DNA from: Deltaproteobacteria bacterium
GTDB lineage: Bacteria; Desulfobacterota; Deferrimicrobia; Deferrimicrobiales; Deferrimicrobiaceae
Length of the DNA: 64,000 nucleotides
NCBI GenBank assembly: GCA_016218975.1
Contig: JACRCO010000053.1
Coordinates: 15,523-79,522, forward strand
Reading direction: 5' to 3'
The position numbers and the translations under genes are program-made. Under the pieces are notes generated by a model. The model was not told where the DNA came from and did no database searches. It worked only from the letters and a program-made list of their open reading frames with translations. Of this stretch, positions 27,748-37,416 are shown in pieces (position 1 is the stretch's first letter; every line of letters starts with the position of its first letter).

Positions 27748-30700
27748 CTATAGTTCATGCTGGCCTTTCTTGTGGCAGCGCTTGCAGAGATCGGCCCGCT
27801 TGTTCGCATTCGTCATTTTTTCGAAATCGGATCCGTGCGGGTTATGGCAACTGATGCAATCGATGTACTTACCCGTTTTCGCATCCACGTATTTCCCTTT
27901 TCCCATCCCGTGGAGGTGAGTGTCGGGAACCTTCGGATGGCAACCAAGGCACAGTTTGTTCATGTCCGCCGAGAGCAGCTTGGGCTGTTCCCCCGTATGC
28001 GCCACGTGGCAGCTTTCGCAACCCTTCTCCACGGGTGGGTGCTTATAGGTAACCTTCGCCATTTCCGCGCCGTGGCAATCGAAGCACAGGCCCGGAGAAG
28101 AACGGTAAAGCAGGCCCTTCGCAGGCGCGGAGTGCGGCGAATGGCAGCTGCCGCATTTTTTGTCCGAATCGATCGGGAAGTGGCGTGTTTTCCCCGCAAA
28201 TCCCTTTTTCTTCACATCCTGGTGGCAGTTGAAGCAGAGGTCCGGGCCTCGGGCCGAAAGCTCCTTTTTCCCCTCTCCCGCATGGCATGATACGCACTTC
28301 CCCTCGGAATACGGCTGATGTCCGAAGTTGTGCGCCAGCGCCTTTGCGCCCTTTGCGCCGGCATGCGGGTCGTGGCAGGTGAGGCAATCGGCCCTCGAAA
28401 TATCCATTCCCCTGTGTTTCGGGGCCGCTCCGGCGGCATCGTGGCAGGTCCAGCAGATGTCCGGAACCGGCTTCGAGAGCAGCCGCCTCTGGTTCGTCCC
28501 GTGCGGATCGTGGCAGGAACCGCAGGCGCCTTCGGCGACCGGGTCGTGGAGTTTTTTCCCCGCGAGCCCCTGCCTGAACGATTCGTGGCACCCGTAGCAG
28601 AACTCCTTCTCCGGTTTCGGCAGAAGGAACCTGTTCCCCGCCGAGTGGGCGGCGTGGCACGCCTTGCACGATCCTTCCTCGAGGGGCTTGTGCCTGTATT
28701 TCCTTTGCGGAATGTCGGCCTTGTCGGAATGGCATGCGTTGCAGAATTTCGCACCCTGCGCGACGAGCAGTTTATCCCCCGAAGATGCATGCGGGTCGTG
28801 GCATGATACGCACTCTCCCTTCTTCACCGGTCCGTGCACCACAGGGTCCTTCTGCGTCTTCTCCATCCCGGAATGACAGGTGAAGCAGAGCTTCTCCTTC
28901 GGCGCGGCCAGCACGATTTCGCCGTTCGCCCCCGCCTTTCCGTGGCATGAATCGCATTTGCGGGTTTTGAACGGCTCGTGGGCCTTTGCCTTCATCAGCT
29001 TTCCGGTTACCGAAGAGTGCGGGTCGTGGCACGAGGCGCAGTTGGATTTCCTGTCCGCCATGTCCCGGTGGACCTTCCGGAATTCATCTTTCGTGAGGCT
29101 GTGGCAGGAGGCGCACAGGTCCCCCACCGGTTTCACGAGGCTGCCGGGATTGCTGGAGCCGTGTGGGGAGTGGCAGGTGTCGCACTTCTCCTTCTCCACC
29201 GGAAGGTGGACCTTCCCCTCCCTGAACCGCTTCTTCTCCTCCTTGTGGCAGGAGTAGCAGAGCTCGGCGCCGGCCAGTGAAAGAAGCTTCGGCCGGTCCG
29301 CGCCGTGCGGATCGTGGCAGCCGGCGCAGTCTCCCCGGGCCGCCGGCGTGTGCACCGCCCTTCGCTTGAAGATCTCCTTCAGATCGTCATGGCACGAAAG
29401 ACACAGCGATTTTTCATCCTTCGCCAGCATTGCCTTCGTGTCGCTGCCGTGAGGACCGTGGCAGGAAACGCACCCTTCCGTGGCGGGGGAGTGGGGGAAC
29501 TTCTTCGCCACGGCCTTCTTCATGTCCCCGTGGCACGTGTAGCACAGGCCGGCGCCTTCCTGCTTCGTTAGCCCCTTGCCCTCCGAGCGGTGCGGAGTGT
29601 GACAAACCGAACACCCCTGTTCGACAAGCGGTTTGTGCTTGCGGCGATATCCCCCGGCTTCCTTCAGGTCGCCGTGGCAGCCGGTGCACAGGACGGCTTC
29701 GGCCGCGACGAGCAGCTTCCCGTTCAGCGTCGAGTGGGCGCCGTGGCACGTCAGGCAGCCGTTGTCGTCTAAAGCCGCGTGGCGCGTCCCGGTCCGGGCG
29801 AGCTCCTTCGCGACCTTTTCGTGGCAGGAAAGGCAGAGTCCTTCCCCTGCGGACCTGACGAGTTTTTTGTTGTCCGATCCGTGCGATTCGTGGCAGGCGT
29901 CGCACCGGCTTTTCGCCATAGGAGCGTGTACCTGCGGCTTTTTGAAATCGTCGTCGAGGCGCAGGTGGCATTCGAGGCATATTCCCTTCAAATCGCCTTT
30001 CAGGAGGGGACGCGAAGCGCTTTTGTGCGGCGAGTGGCATTTCAGGCAGTCCCCGTCCCTGGCCGGGAAGTGCGAAACCGGTTTCTTCGTCTTTTTCGAG
30101 ATGTCGTCGTGGCAGTTGGCGCACAGCTCCTTGACCGGCTGGACCAGGGAGCTCTTCACCTTCCCTTCCGTTCCGACCTCGTGGCAGTCGGCGCAGTCCC
30201 CGCGCGCATACGGCTCGTGGACTTCCGGCAACACCCCGCCCTTTTTCGCCGTTCCGTGGGGGCTGTGGCAGGCGGTGCAGGACTGGTTCTTCACCTCCGC
30301 TATGTCGTGAGGCTTTTTCCCCGCCGTTTTTTCCGCCGCGTGGCAGGAGAAGCATAGGTCATTTCCAGCCTTCAGCAGCAGCCTCGGTTCGTCGGTCGAG
30401 TGAGGCGGGTGACAAAGCGAACACTCCCCGTTCCTGAACGGCGAATGGATCCAGACGCCGGACGAAAGCCGCTTCATCTCCTTGTGGCATTCGAAGCAGA
30501 CGGAGGACTTGTCGGCGGTTTCCCTGACGAGCCCTTTGAGGTTCGAAGCATGGGGGTCGTGGCAGGCGGTGCACTCGCCTTTTTTCGCCGGAGAGTGCAT
30601 CGTTTTCTTCCCGAACTTGTCCTTCAGGTCCTTGTGGCACGAATAGCAGAGCTGCGCGCCCTTTTCCTTGAGGATCAGCTTGTTCGAGAAGCCGTGGCGC

Positions 30701-30897
30701 CGGTGGCACGCCTCGCAGTCCTCCTTCGCCACGGGAGCGTGCACGAATTTCCTTTGATGCGCCGCCTTCGCTTTCGGGTGGCAGTCGTAGCAGCCCTTTT
30801 TCGCCGCCAGGATATCGCCCGCGCCACCGGCGAAAATGCAAAGGATTGCGACAGTAGATAAAGCGCCCAGGACCGCTATCCGCCGAACCGTTTTCAT
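27748..30897 (-). CDS. Giant multiheme cytochrome c, about 42 CxxCH motifs (1,049 aa)
   Basis: Signal peptide MKTVRRIAVLGALSTVAILCIFAGGAG. I counted 42 CxxCH motifs, regularly spaced (c7-polymer type), alternating CxxCHxxH and CxxCH. Confidence 0.9.
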   Translation of the reverse strand: MKTVRRIAVLGALSTVAILCIFAGGAGDILAAKKGCYDCHPKAKAAHQRKFVHAPVAKEDCEACHRRHGFSNKLILKEKGAQLCYSCHKDLKDKFGKKTMHSPAKKGECTACHDPHASNLKGLVRETADKSSVCFECHKEMKRLSSGVWIHSPFRNGECSLCHPPHSTDEPRLLLKAGNDLCFSCHAAEKTAGKKPHDIAEVKNQSCTACHSPHGTAKKGGVLPEVHEPYARGDCADCHEVGTEGKVKSSLVQPVKELCANCHDDISKKTKKPVSHFPARDGDCLKCHSPHKSASRPLLKGDLKGICLECHLRLDDDFKKPQVHAPMAKSRCDACHESHGSDNKKLVRSAGEGLCLSCHEKVAKELARTGTRHAALDDNGCLTCHGAHSTLNGKLLVAAEAVLCTGCHGDLKEAGGYRRKHKPLVEQGCSVCHTPHRSEGKGLTKQEGAGLCYTCHGDMKKAVAKKFPHSPATEGCVSCHGPHGSDTKAMLAKDEKSLCLSCHDDLKEIFKRRAVHTPAARGDCAGCHDPHGADRPKLLSLAGAELCYSCHKEEKKRFREGKVHLPVEKEKCDTCHSPHGSSNPGSLVKPVGDLCASCHSLTKDEFRKVHRDMADRKSNCASCHDPHSSVTGKLMKAKAHEPFKTRKCDSCHGKAGANGEIVLAAPKEKLCFTCHSGMEKTQKDPVVHGPVKKGECVSCHDPHASSGDKLLVAQGAKFCNACHSDKADIPQRKYRHKPLEEGSCKACHAAHSAGNRFLLPKPEKEFCYGCHESFRQGLAGKKLHDPVAEGACGSCHDPHGTNQRRLLSKPVPDICWTCHDAAGAAPKHRGMDISRADCLTCHDPHAGAKGAKALAHNFGHQPYSEGKCVSCHAGEGKKELSARGPDLCFNCHQDVKKKGFAGKTRHFPIDSDKKCGSCHSPHSAPAKGLLYRSSPGLCFDCHGAEMAKVTYKHPPVEKGCESCHVAHTGEQPKLLSADMNKLCLGCHPKVPDTHLHGMGKGKYVDAKTGKYIDCISCHNPHGSDFEKMTNANKRADLCKRCHKKGQHEL

Positions 30898-30919
30898 CTT
30901 TTGCGACCTTCCCTGCAGC

Positions 30920-31537
30920 CTATTTTCGAAGCGACGCGGAGAACGCCCTGGCCATCTCGGCCGCCGTCTCCTCCGCGAGGTTGTTGATGGAATGGATCCT
31001 GCCTATCCCGAAAACCGTTTCCCTGTCGCTGCCTCGCCGGGAGGCGTTGCCCGCCCAGACGATATCCCCCGTGGAGGCGTCGAGTATGCGAAGGGACATC
31101 GAGACCACCGGAATCTGTCCCGAGCCCCCCGCCCCCGTGGCGATCTGCATGTCGAAGTCGTGCACCGTTCCCATCATGAACAGGTCCACTCCGAGCCCTC
31201 TGCCCAGGGCGACGAGGGTCTCCCTGGGTATGCTGGTCGCCAGCCGTACCCTCTCCTTCGAAAGCATGGCGTTAACCTCGCCGGGATCGAGGACCATAAC
31301 CGGGGCGTTTTTCAGGAGTTCCACGAGGATGTAGCTTTCCATCGATTTCCCCGCCCCCTGGGTCTTGCTCAAATTCTCGAACGGCAGGATCGCCATCTTC
31401 ACCCCTTCGCCTTTCCTGAGGCCGGCGCCGGTGAACGGCTTCAGGGTGGGTCCGCACCCGAACAGCAGCGCGGAGACCAGCAGCAGGGCGGCGATCCGCA
31501 AACGAGACGATCGGCGTCCGGTAACGTGTATTCCCAT
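30920..31537 (-). CDS. Lipoprotein, CsgG/LpoB/DUF799-superfamily-like
   Basis: LLLVSALLFGCGPT lipobox. VKMAILPFENLSKT...VDLFMMGTVHDF...TGDIVW. Confidence 0.7.
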   Translation of the reverse strand: MGIHVTGRRSSRLRIAALLLVSALLFGCGPTLKPFTGAGLRKGEGVKMAILPFENLSKTQGAGKSMESYILVELLKNAPVMVLDPGEVNAMLSKERVRLATSIPRETLVALGRGLGVDLFMMGTVHDFDMQIATGAGGSGQIPVVSMSLRILDASTGDIVWAGNASRRGSDRETVFGIGRIHSINNLAEETAAEMARAFSASLRK

Positions 31538-31552
31538 CTTCGTACCCGCTTT

Positions 31553-32167
31553 CTATTTCGAATATGCCTTCTTGTAGAAATCCTTGACGACGATTGCGCA
31601 CGATTTTTGCGAAAGTTCCCCGAGCGTGAACGTTTCGCCGATGCTGACGACGGGGAGATACGGACCGCCGGTGGCATTTATGCTCCCTTGCCACGCCACT
31701 GTTCCGGTGGGAGCGTCGATGAACTTGACCGTCATGGAGATCATCGGGTATTGATCCCCGCCGAGCTGGATCAGCTTGAAGTCGTGGACCGTCCCCGTGA
31801 ATACCCCCTGGACTCCCGCGACGCTCGCAACCTGGGAAAGCTGGGAGGGACTCAATTCGAGCGTCGACGTCGGAGCGTTCGACCGGACGACCTGCGCCAC
31901 CACGGCGTTGAACTGCCCCGGGTCCATCACTTCCAGTTCTCCGGCGATAAGCAGCTCGGTCATGAAATTCTCCGTCACCTTCTCCCCCGCGAGCCGGTCC
32001 TCGGCCTGGTTGCGGAACGGCATGAGCCCTACCTTCTTGTAAAAAGCAAAGTCCGCCTGGGGGTTCAGGAAACTTCGAGTGCTGACCAGCGAAGAGCAGC
32101 CGGCCGCGCACGAGGCGAGCAGGAGCACGAAGCCGAAAAGCATTCTTCTTGCCATTCGATCTCCCAT
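31553..32167 (-). CDS. Lipoprotein, CsgG/LpoB/DUF799-superfamily-like
   Basis: FVLLLASCAAGCSS lipobox. KKVGLMPFRNQA...VQGVFTGTVHDF...TGTVAW. Confidence 0.7.
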   Translation of the reverse strand: MGDRMARRMLFGFVLLLASCAAGCSSLVSTRSFLNPQADFAFYKKVGLMPFRNQAEDRLAGEKVTENFMTELLIAGELEVMDPGQFNAVVAQVVRSNAPTSTLELSPSQLSQVASVAGVQGVFTGTVHDFKLIQLGGDQYPMISMTVKFIDAPTGTVAWQGSINATGGPYLPVVSIGETFTLGELSQKSCAIVVKDFYKKAYSK

Positions 32168-33924
32168 CAGAACGATTTGCTGAAACGGACCCGGAAGAAG
32201 TCTGTCCGTTCCTCCCTGAAAAGTTGCGTGCCGGAATAGGCAAGCTCCAGGCTGACACGCTTCCTGAATGCGAGCCCCAGCGTCCCCGAGAAGGTATGGT
32301 CGCTCCTGCCTGCCGCCTGCCTCGCGCCGTAGTTCAGGCTCATCTGGTGCCCGCGCCGGAAACGGTAGGCCATCGTTCCAGTGGCCGAATAAGACGATCT
32401 CCCGGTCTCCGGCAGCGACACCGTCCCGGAAAGGCCGTAGATGGTCCGCCGGTTGGCCATGTATGAAAGGGAAGTGTTGAAGTTCTGGTTGCCGATCCTG
32501 CCGAGGTCCAGCCGTTCGGCGGACGATGCCGAGGAATAGCTGAGCGCCAGGTTCGTCTTGTCGGTAGGTATCGCGTTCACCTGGACCGACTTGTTGACCG
32601 AATAACTTTCCGTGACCGGTTCGACGTGGGCCGTAAGGACCCAGTCTCCGATCGCGGTCGAGTTCTTCGTGTACAGGTCGTTGCCGACGACGTCGAAATA
32701 GGTGAAGCCGGGAGGACGGTCGTCGAACAGGACCCTGTCCGCCAGCGTCCCGGAAGCGTTGTAGCCGGCCGTGCTTACGAAAGTGCGCGACTCGCTCCGG
32801 TTCGCGTTCAGGTTCAGGCGCAGCGAGATCCGCTGCGTCAGGTCCATCGTGGAGTTGACCCCGAAATTGTCGCTTACGTTCCTGCCCTGGTCAGGGTCGG
32901 ATTCGACGCTCCGCGAACCGCTCGCCCCGAGAAGTACCCCCTCCCTTAGCTGCTTGCTGACGTTGGCGGCGTAAGTGACGAAATCGACGCTGCGCATCGT
33001 CTGCGCGTCGTTGAAACGCCTGTTTCCCGTCGTGCCCGAGAACCGCAGGAAGGGATATGGGTCGAGGTTGGCGGTCACGTCGGAGAACTGCTGCGTGGTC
33101 CTGGTCACGGCGGCGGACGGGGAATCGAAGTCGGTGTCCGTCCTCGAGTAATTCCCTGTGAATCCGAGCCACGGCAAGGGCCGCGTGTCGGCGCTCATGC
33201 GGAAGGCGTTGCCGATCGTCGCCGTCTCCTGCCCCGCGCCGCTCGTGGCGGAAAAGCGGTTGTAATCGTAGTCGCCCGTCAAGGTCGTCCTGGGCAGGAT
33301 TTCGTAGCTCCCCCCGAAACCCAGCAAGACGGTAGACGACTCCAGCCCCGCCTGCCCTCCGGACGTTCTCCGGTCGTTGGAATACCCCCCGCGGAAGTTC
33401 ATCCACTTGTACCGGTAGTCGCCGAAGAAGGATGCCGTGTCGCTCGACGTGACCGATCCCCCGGTCGCCGACTCGGTGCGCGAGAAGCTCGCCGAGAGCC
33501 GGGGGAGATCCTTGGGGGAAAGAGAAAGGGCCGCCCTGGAATTGCTCGTCTCGGTCAGCTGTGCGGCGGAGCTTATGGTGGAAAAACGGCTATGCTGGAG
33601 ATTCAGGGCGAACGCCTCCCCGGACAGATCCATACCCAGGTTGCCGACGGGGGATACGTTCAATACGCTCTCTTCGTCGGACCTGGTGTAGTTGAGGCGG
33701 AGGCTCAGGCGCGCCTGGATCTTTTTTTTCGTGGGCGGATATAAATCGAGGTTCACTCCGCCCTGGAAAAGCCTGGTGTCGTCCCGGGGCCCTCTCGCGT
33801 ATGTATCATCGAGGAAGAAATTACCGTTCACGCGTGTTATCGCCTCCGCGCGCTGCGGCGCGGCCGCCGTCAGCAGCGATGCAGCCGCCGCAAGAGCCAG
33901 AATTTCGAGCCATCCGGACTTCAA
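32167..33924 (-). CDS. Predicted outer-membrane beta-barrel protein, paralog-like of the 14336..16525 protein (start uncertain: TTG 33924 or ATG 33978)
   Basis: Ends ...FFRVRFSKSF (C-terminal aromatic). Signal peptide KSGWLEILALAAAASLLTAAAPQRAEA. Ser/Thr/Asn/Arg-rich strand-like composition. The full ORF would overlap the upstream cytochrome gene. Confidence 0.6.
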   Translation of the reverse strand: MKSGWLEILALAAAASLLTAAAPQRAEAITRVNGNFFLDDTYARGPRDDTRLFQGGVNLDLYPPTKKKIQARLSLRLNYTRSDEESVLNVSPVGNLGMDLSGEAFALNLQHSRFSTISSAAQLTETSNSRAALSLSPKDLPRLSASFSRTESATGGSVTSSDTASFFGDYRYKWMNFRGGYSNDRRTSGGQAGLESSTVLLGFGGSYEILPRTTLTGDYDYNRFSATSGAGQETATIGNAFRMSADTRPLPWLGFTGNYSRTDTDFDSPSAAVTRTTQQFSDVTANLDPYPFLRFSGTTGNRRFNDAQTMRSVDFVTYAANVSKQLREGVLLGASGSRSVESDPDQGRNVSDNFGVNSTMDLTQRISLRLNLNANRSESRTFVSTAGYNASGTLADRVLFDDRPPGFTYFDVVGNDLYTKNSTAIGDWVLTAHVEPVTESYSVNKSVQVNAIPTDKTNLALSYSSASSAERLDLGRIGNQNFNTSLSYMANRRTIYGLSGTVSLPETGRSSYSATGTMAYRFRRGHQMSLNYGARQAAGRSDHTFSGTLGLAFRKRVSLELAYSGTQLFREERTDFFRVRFSKSF

Positions 33925-33935
33925 CCTCCGCCGAC

Positions 33936-35339
33936 CTATCGCGGGTAGTTGACCGCGTACGATTTCGTCGCATGGCATGTCGGAGTGCAGCTTCCGCCGC
34001 CTCCGCCCGGGACGAAGCTCAGGATCCCCGGGCTCCTCCCTGTTGCTATAAGCGCCGGGAACTGCGGCGAGCCGTGGGAATCGTGGCATGCGTAGCACGG
34101 GATGTTCCGCTCTCCGACGTGGAAAGCGTGCCCCCTCGTCGAGGATGGGGGGTTGAACCGGCTCGCCTGCTGCTCCGGCGCCGATGAAAACGGATTCGCA
34201 TACGTCTCGAAGTTGTGGCAGAGGAAACAGAGCTCCTGCCTGGTGACGACGCGGTTGAAGCTTCGTGCGTCGTACGCCCTGCGGAGCAGGTTGGGGAACT
34301 GCGATCCGTGCGGCCCTTTAAGGTTCGAATCGTCGGAGCCGTGGCAGTCGGCGCAATGGATGACGCTCATTGCGTTCCTCCCCGCCACGAACGCTGCCGG
34401 GTTGATCCCCGTGTTTTTCCCCTGTGCTTCCACCGGATGGAAGGAGGCGTTGTTCACGTTGAACAAACGGGCCATGTCCTGCTCGCCCGGCGGCTGGTTC
34501 GTCCACGACGAGTGGCACTTGAAGCAGATCTCGTATTCCAGCACCGGGGTGCTTACGTCGTTCGCAGGACGGTACTCGTAGAAAGGAATGGTCCCAGCGG
34601 CTCCGTTCACGACCCTTATGCGGCTCACCCTCGAGTTGCGGTTGGAGGCCGCAGGCGGGGCCGGCGGCAAGGGGTCCGCGGAAACGGCGTGTGCGTTGTG
34701 GCAGTCGGCGCATTCCGCATGCCGGTTGCCGCCGACGTAGGAAAAGAGCGCAGGGTCGCCTCCCTCGCCGGCACGGTGTTTTCCGGCCGTAATGACCGCG
34801 GGGTGGCTGTACGGCTTGCGGATCTCGCGCGCGATGTCGCGGAACGAGGGGTCTCCGTCGTGGCAGGCCGTGCAGAGGCTTTCCTCCCGTGCGACCATCT
34901 GGCTCGGTATCGCTCCCCGACTGTCCTGGCGGCCATGGGGGTCGTGGCAGTTCAGGCATTTGCCCGCTGCGCCAGCCTCCCTCCTCGAAGGCGGATACGG
35001 TCCCGGCCAGACCGTGCGTCCGTCGGTGCGATGGTTCGATGATTCGTAAGCGATCCGGCCGGGGTAGGTGCCGGCTATATTTTCGTTCTGGTGGCACGTA
35101 AAACAGAGTTCGTTGTCGTTCTCCCGCCAAAGCGCCTTGGGAAACCTGGCCTGGGCGTCTTCGTCCACGTGGCAATGGTTGCACCCGCCCCTGGATATCG
35201 CAGGGTCGCGCAGAACGCCCGTGACGGGGTTTCCGTGCCCGGTTTCGGCGTAAACACCCGCGGCCGCCGGCAAGGCACAGACCGTCCCCGCCATGATCGC
35301 GATCGCGAAGTTTACGAGCGCATGCCGCCTGCGGCTCAT
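33936..35339 (-). CDS. Multiheme cytochrome c (nine CxxCH plus one CxxxCH)
   Basis: ORF trimmed to ATG 35339 (MSRRRHALVNFAIAIMAGTVCALPAAAG). Motifs include CNHCH, CFTCH, CLNCHDPH, CTACHDG, CADCHNAH, CFKCH, CADCHGS, CFLCH, CYACHDSH and CTPTCH. Confidence 0.85.
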   Translation of the reverse strand: MSRRRHALVNFAIAIMAGTVCALPAAAGVYAETGHGNPVTGVLRDPAISRGGCNHCHVDEDAQARFPKALWRENDNELCFTCHQNENIAGTYPGRIAYESSNHRTDGRTVWPGPYPPSRREAGAAGKCLNCHDPHGRQDSRGAIPSQMVAREESLCTACHDGDPSFRDIAREIRKPYSHPAVITAGKHRAGEGGDPALFSYVGGNRHAECADCHNAHAVSADPLPPAPPAASNRNSRVSRIRVVNGAAGTIPFYEYRPANDVSTPVLEYEICFKCHSSWTNQPPGEQDMARLFNVNNASFHPVEAQGKNTGINPAAFVAGRNAMSVIHCADCHGSDDSNLKGPHGSQFPNLLRRAYDARSFNRVVTRQELCFLCHNFETYANPFSSAPEQQASRFNPPSSTRGHAFHVGERNIPCYACHDSHGSPQFPALIATGRSPGILSFVPGGGGGSCTPTCHATKSYAVNYPR

Positions 35340-35368
35340 GCCCGTGGCGATCCTCCTTCCGGGCGCGT

Positions 35369-36379
35369 CTATCGGTTGTGGCACTGCTGGCACCCCGCTA
35401 TCGAATCGGCGGGCCTACCGGGTTCCTTGTACGGCCACACCAAGCCCTTCCGATATTTCCCGCCGTGCGCCAGGTGGCAGCTTCCGCACATGACCTGGTT
35501 GCTTGCCGACACGGTTTTCGACGAGGCGAAATCGACCGCCCCGGCCGCCTGGAACCGCAGCCTCGGCACTCCTTCCACAAGGTCGCCCGTCGCAGTTCCG
35601 AAGCCGGCCCCCGAGCCGTCCGCCCAGTGGGCCGGATCCGTCGGCCACCCGGAGGGATATCCCGCTCCGTCGATCGGAACGTCGGAAAGATGGTGGAGCC
35701 GGTTGCCCGGCAGGTTCACGCTCGACTTCAGCCGGTCGTGGCACTCGGCGCACCATGCGGACGTTCCGGCCTTGTATCCTTCGTTCGACTCCTTGTATGC
35801 GGCGGCCGTGGCCGCGGCCGACGGAGGATCGCCGGGAGGCGCCTCCCTGAATACGTCCTTTCCCATCTCCGTTCCGATCCCCTGCCCTCCCGCCGGCGCG
35901 GTGAGAACGTTCCTGTAGTTGGGGGTCCCATGCGGGTCGTGGCAGGAGGCGCAAGTAAGGGTCGCGTTCGAAAGGGTGCTGAAAGGGACGGACGTCGAAT
36001 TAATCCCGAGATCGTGCCCGTTCTGGTTGGCGGCGCCTCCGCTGTTGGAGAAAGATCCGGCCCCGGAGTGCTCGTCGCCGCTTCCCGAATACATCGTCAC
36101 GGGTTCGAGGACGTCGGGAGCCTTGGGGTCGCTGCCGTCGTGGCAGAAAAGACAGAGCTTGTTGGTGGTGGCCCGGACCAGGAGCCTGGGAAACGGCCCT
36201 CCCGGCTCCACCTTCGCGGGCACGCCGCCCGCCTCGCTGTAGTGAAGCGTGTGGCAGTCGCCGCACGGCTGCCGGTTCTTCTGCAGGTCGTGATAGTAGG
36301 CGTGCGACACGTGCCCGGCGGCCAGGAACAGGAAGAGTCCTCCCGCGATCGATCCGCAATACAGGGACGCTCGTCTCAT
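35369..36379 (-). CDS. Hexaheme c-type cytochrome with OmcS-like motif order (family C)
   Basis: Signal peptide, then YYHD...CGDCHTLH, CLFCHDG, CASCHDPHG, CAECHDRL, CGSCHLAHGG, C-terminal CQQCHNR. This parallels OmcS heme-motif order and spacing. Confidence 0.8.
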   Translation of the reverse strand: MRRASLYCGSIAGGLFLFLAAGHVSHAYYHDLQKNRQPCGDCHTLHYSEAGGVPAKVEPGGPFPRLLVRATTNKLCLFCHDGSDPKAPDVLEPVTMYSGSGDEHSGAGSFSNSGGAANQNGHDLGINSTSVPFSTLSNATLTCASCHDPHGTPNYRNVLTAPAGGQGIGTEMGKDVFREAPPGDPPSAAATAAAYKESNEGYKAGTSAWCAECHDRLKSSVNLPGNRLHHLSDVPIDGAGYPSGWPTDPAHWADGSGAGFGTATGDLVEGVPRLRFQAAGAVDFASSKTVSASNQVMCGSCHLAHGGKYRKGLVWPYKEPGRPADSIAGCQQCHNR

Positions 36380-36383
36380 CCGC

Positions 36384-37301
36384 CTAATCCTTCAGGTCTC
36401 CCACCTGGAAAACCTGGACGCGCTCCGCCCCTTTCTCGAGGACGAAGAGCTCCCCTTTCTCGCCGAAACAGAGATCGACCGGAAAGAAGAACCCCCCGCT
36501 TTCGGTCGTCTCTTCCAGCCGCCCGAAGTTGAAAAGGAACTCTCCTTCCGCGGAGAACACCTTCAGCCGGTGCTGGAACGGGTCGGCGATCCAGAGCCGG
36601 CCCTTCGCGTCGGATGCGAACCCGGTCGGAAACGACATGTTCCTGTCCGACTTGTCGCCATGGTCTCCGAAGGAACGCAGGAGCTTGCCGCCGTCGTCGA
36701 AGAGCTGCACCGCCTTCCCCTGTGCGCTGACGCCCACGATACGCCCGCCGCTTTCCCTCCCGGCTTTCTGGAGGTAATCGAACTTTCCCATCGACCGGAT
36801 AAAATCTCCCCGCGAGGACAAGAGAAGGATTTCATTGCCGTCCAGGTCGGCGACATAAACCCGGTCGTCCCTGCCAAGCGTGATCCGGCCGGGTGAAACC
36901 TTGCGGCCCGCCGCATGGGCGAGGTCTATTTCGTCGGAGATCGCCCCCCCCGGACTGAAGATCTTCAGCAGGCCGGTCCGCACCTCGCTGACGTAGATCC
37001 GGCCCGCGTTGTCCAGCGCAACGCCGTACGGCGTGACCAGGCCCGCATCCGCGCCCATCCTCTTGACGATAGACCCGGCTTTGTCGAGGATGACTACCTC
37101 GCCGGACTCGAAGCTCGAAACGATCAGTTCCCCGCTTTTTCCGTCCCGGACGATCGCGAGAGGGCTCCTCAACGCCCGCTCTCCACCCTCATCCTTGAAG
37201 ACGGCGATCCGCCGGATCTCGGGAGCCATGACCTGCGCGAACCCCGGATGCGCGGCAAAAAGCAAGTTCAAACCCGCTGCTGCGAGCAGGATCCGCACCA
37301 T
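36384..37301 (-). CDS. NHL-repeat protein, secreted
   Basis: ORF trimmed to ATG 37301 (MVRILLAAAGLNLLFAAHPGFAQ). NHL-like blades (GRIYVSEVRTGLLKIF, DRVYVADLDGNEILLL, GRLWIADPFQHRLKVF). Confidence 0.8.
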   Translation of the reverse strand: MVRILLAAAGLNLLFAAHPGFAQVMAPEIRRIAVFKDEGGERALRSPLAIVRDGKSGELIVSSFESGEVVILDKAGSIVKRMGADAGLVTPYGVALDNAGRIYVSEVRTGLLKIFSPGGAISDEIDLAHAAGRKVSPGRITLGRDDRVYVADLDGNEILLLSSRGDFIRSMGKFDYLQKAGRESGGRIVGVSAQGKAVQLFDDGGKLLRSFGDHGDKSDRNMSFPTGFASDAKGRLWIADPFQHRLKVFSAEGEFLFNFGRLEETTESGGFFFPVDLCFGEKGELFVLEKGAERVQVFQVGDLKD

Positions 37302-37416
37302 GAACGTCGCGCCGCCAAGCCGGCGGGCGAGCCCCCGCGAGGGACACCCCGTGAGGCGTGCGTAGCCCGGCACTGTAACGGAAAATATTTTCGGAGCGGA
37401 AGACATCGGCTGTCGC

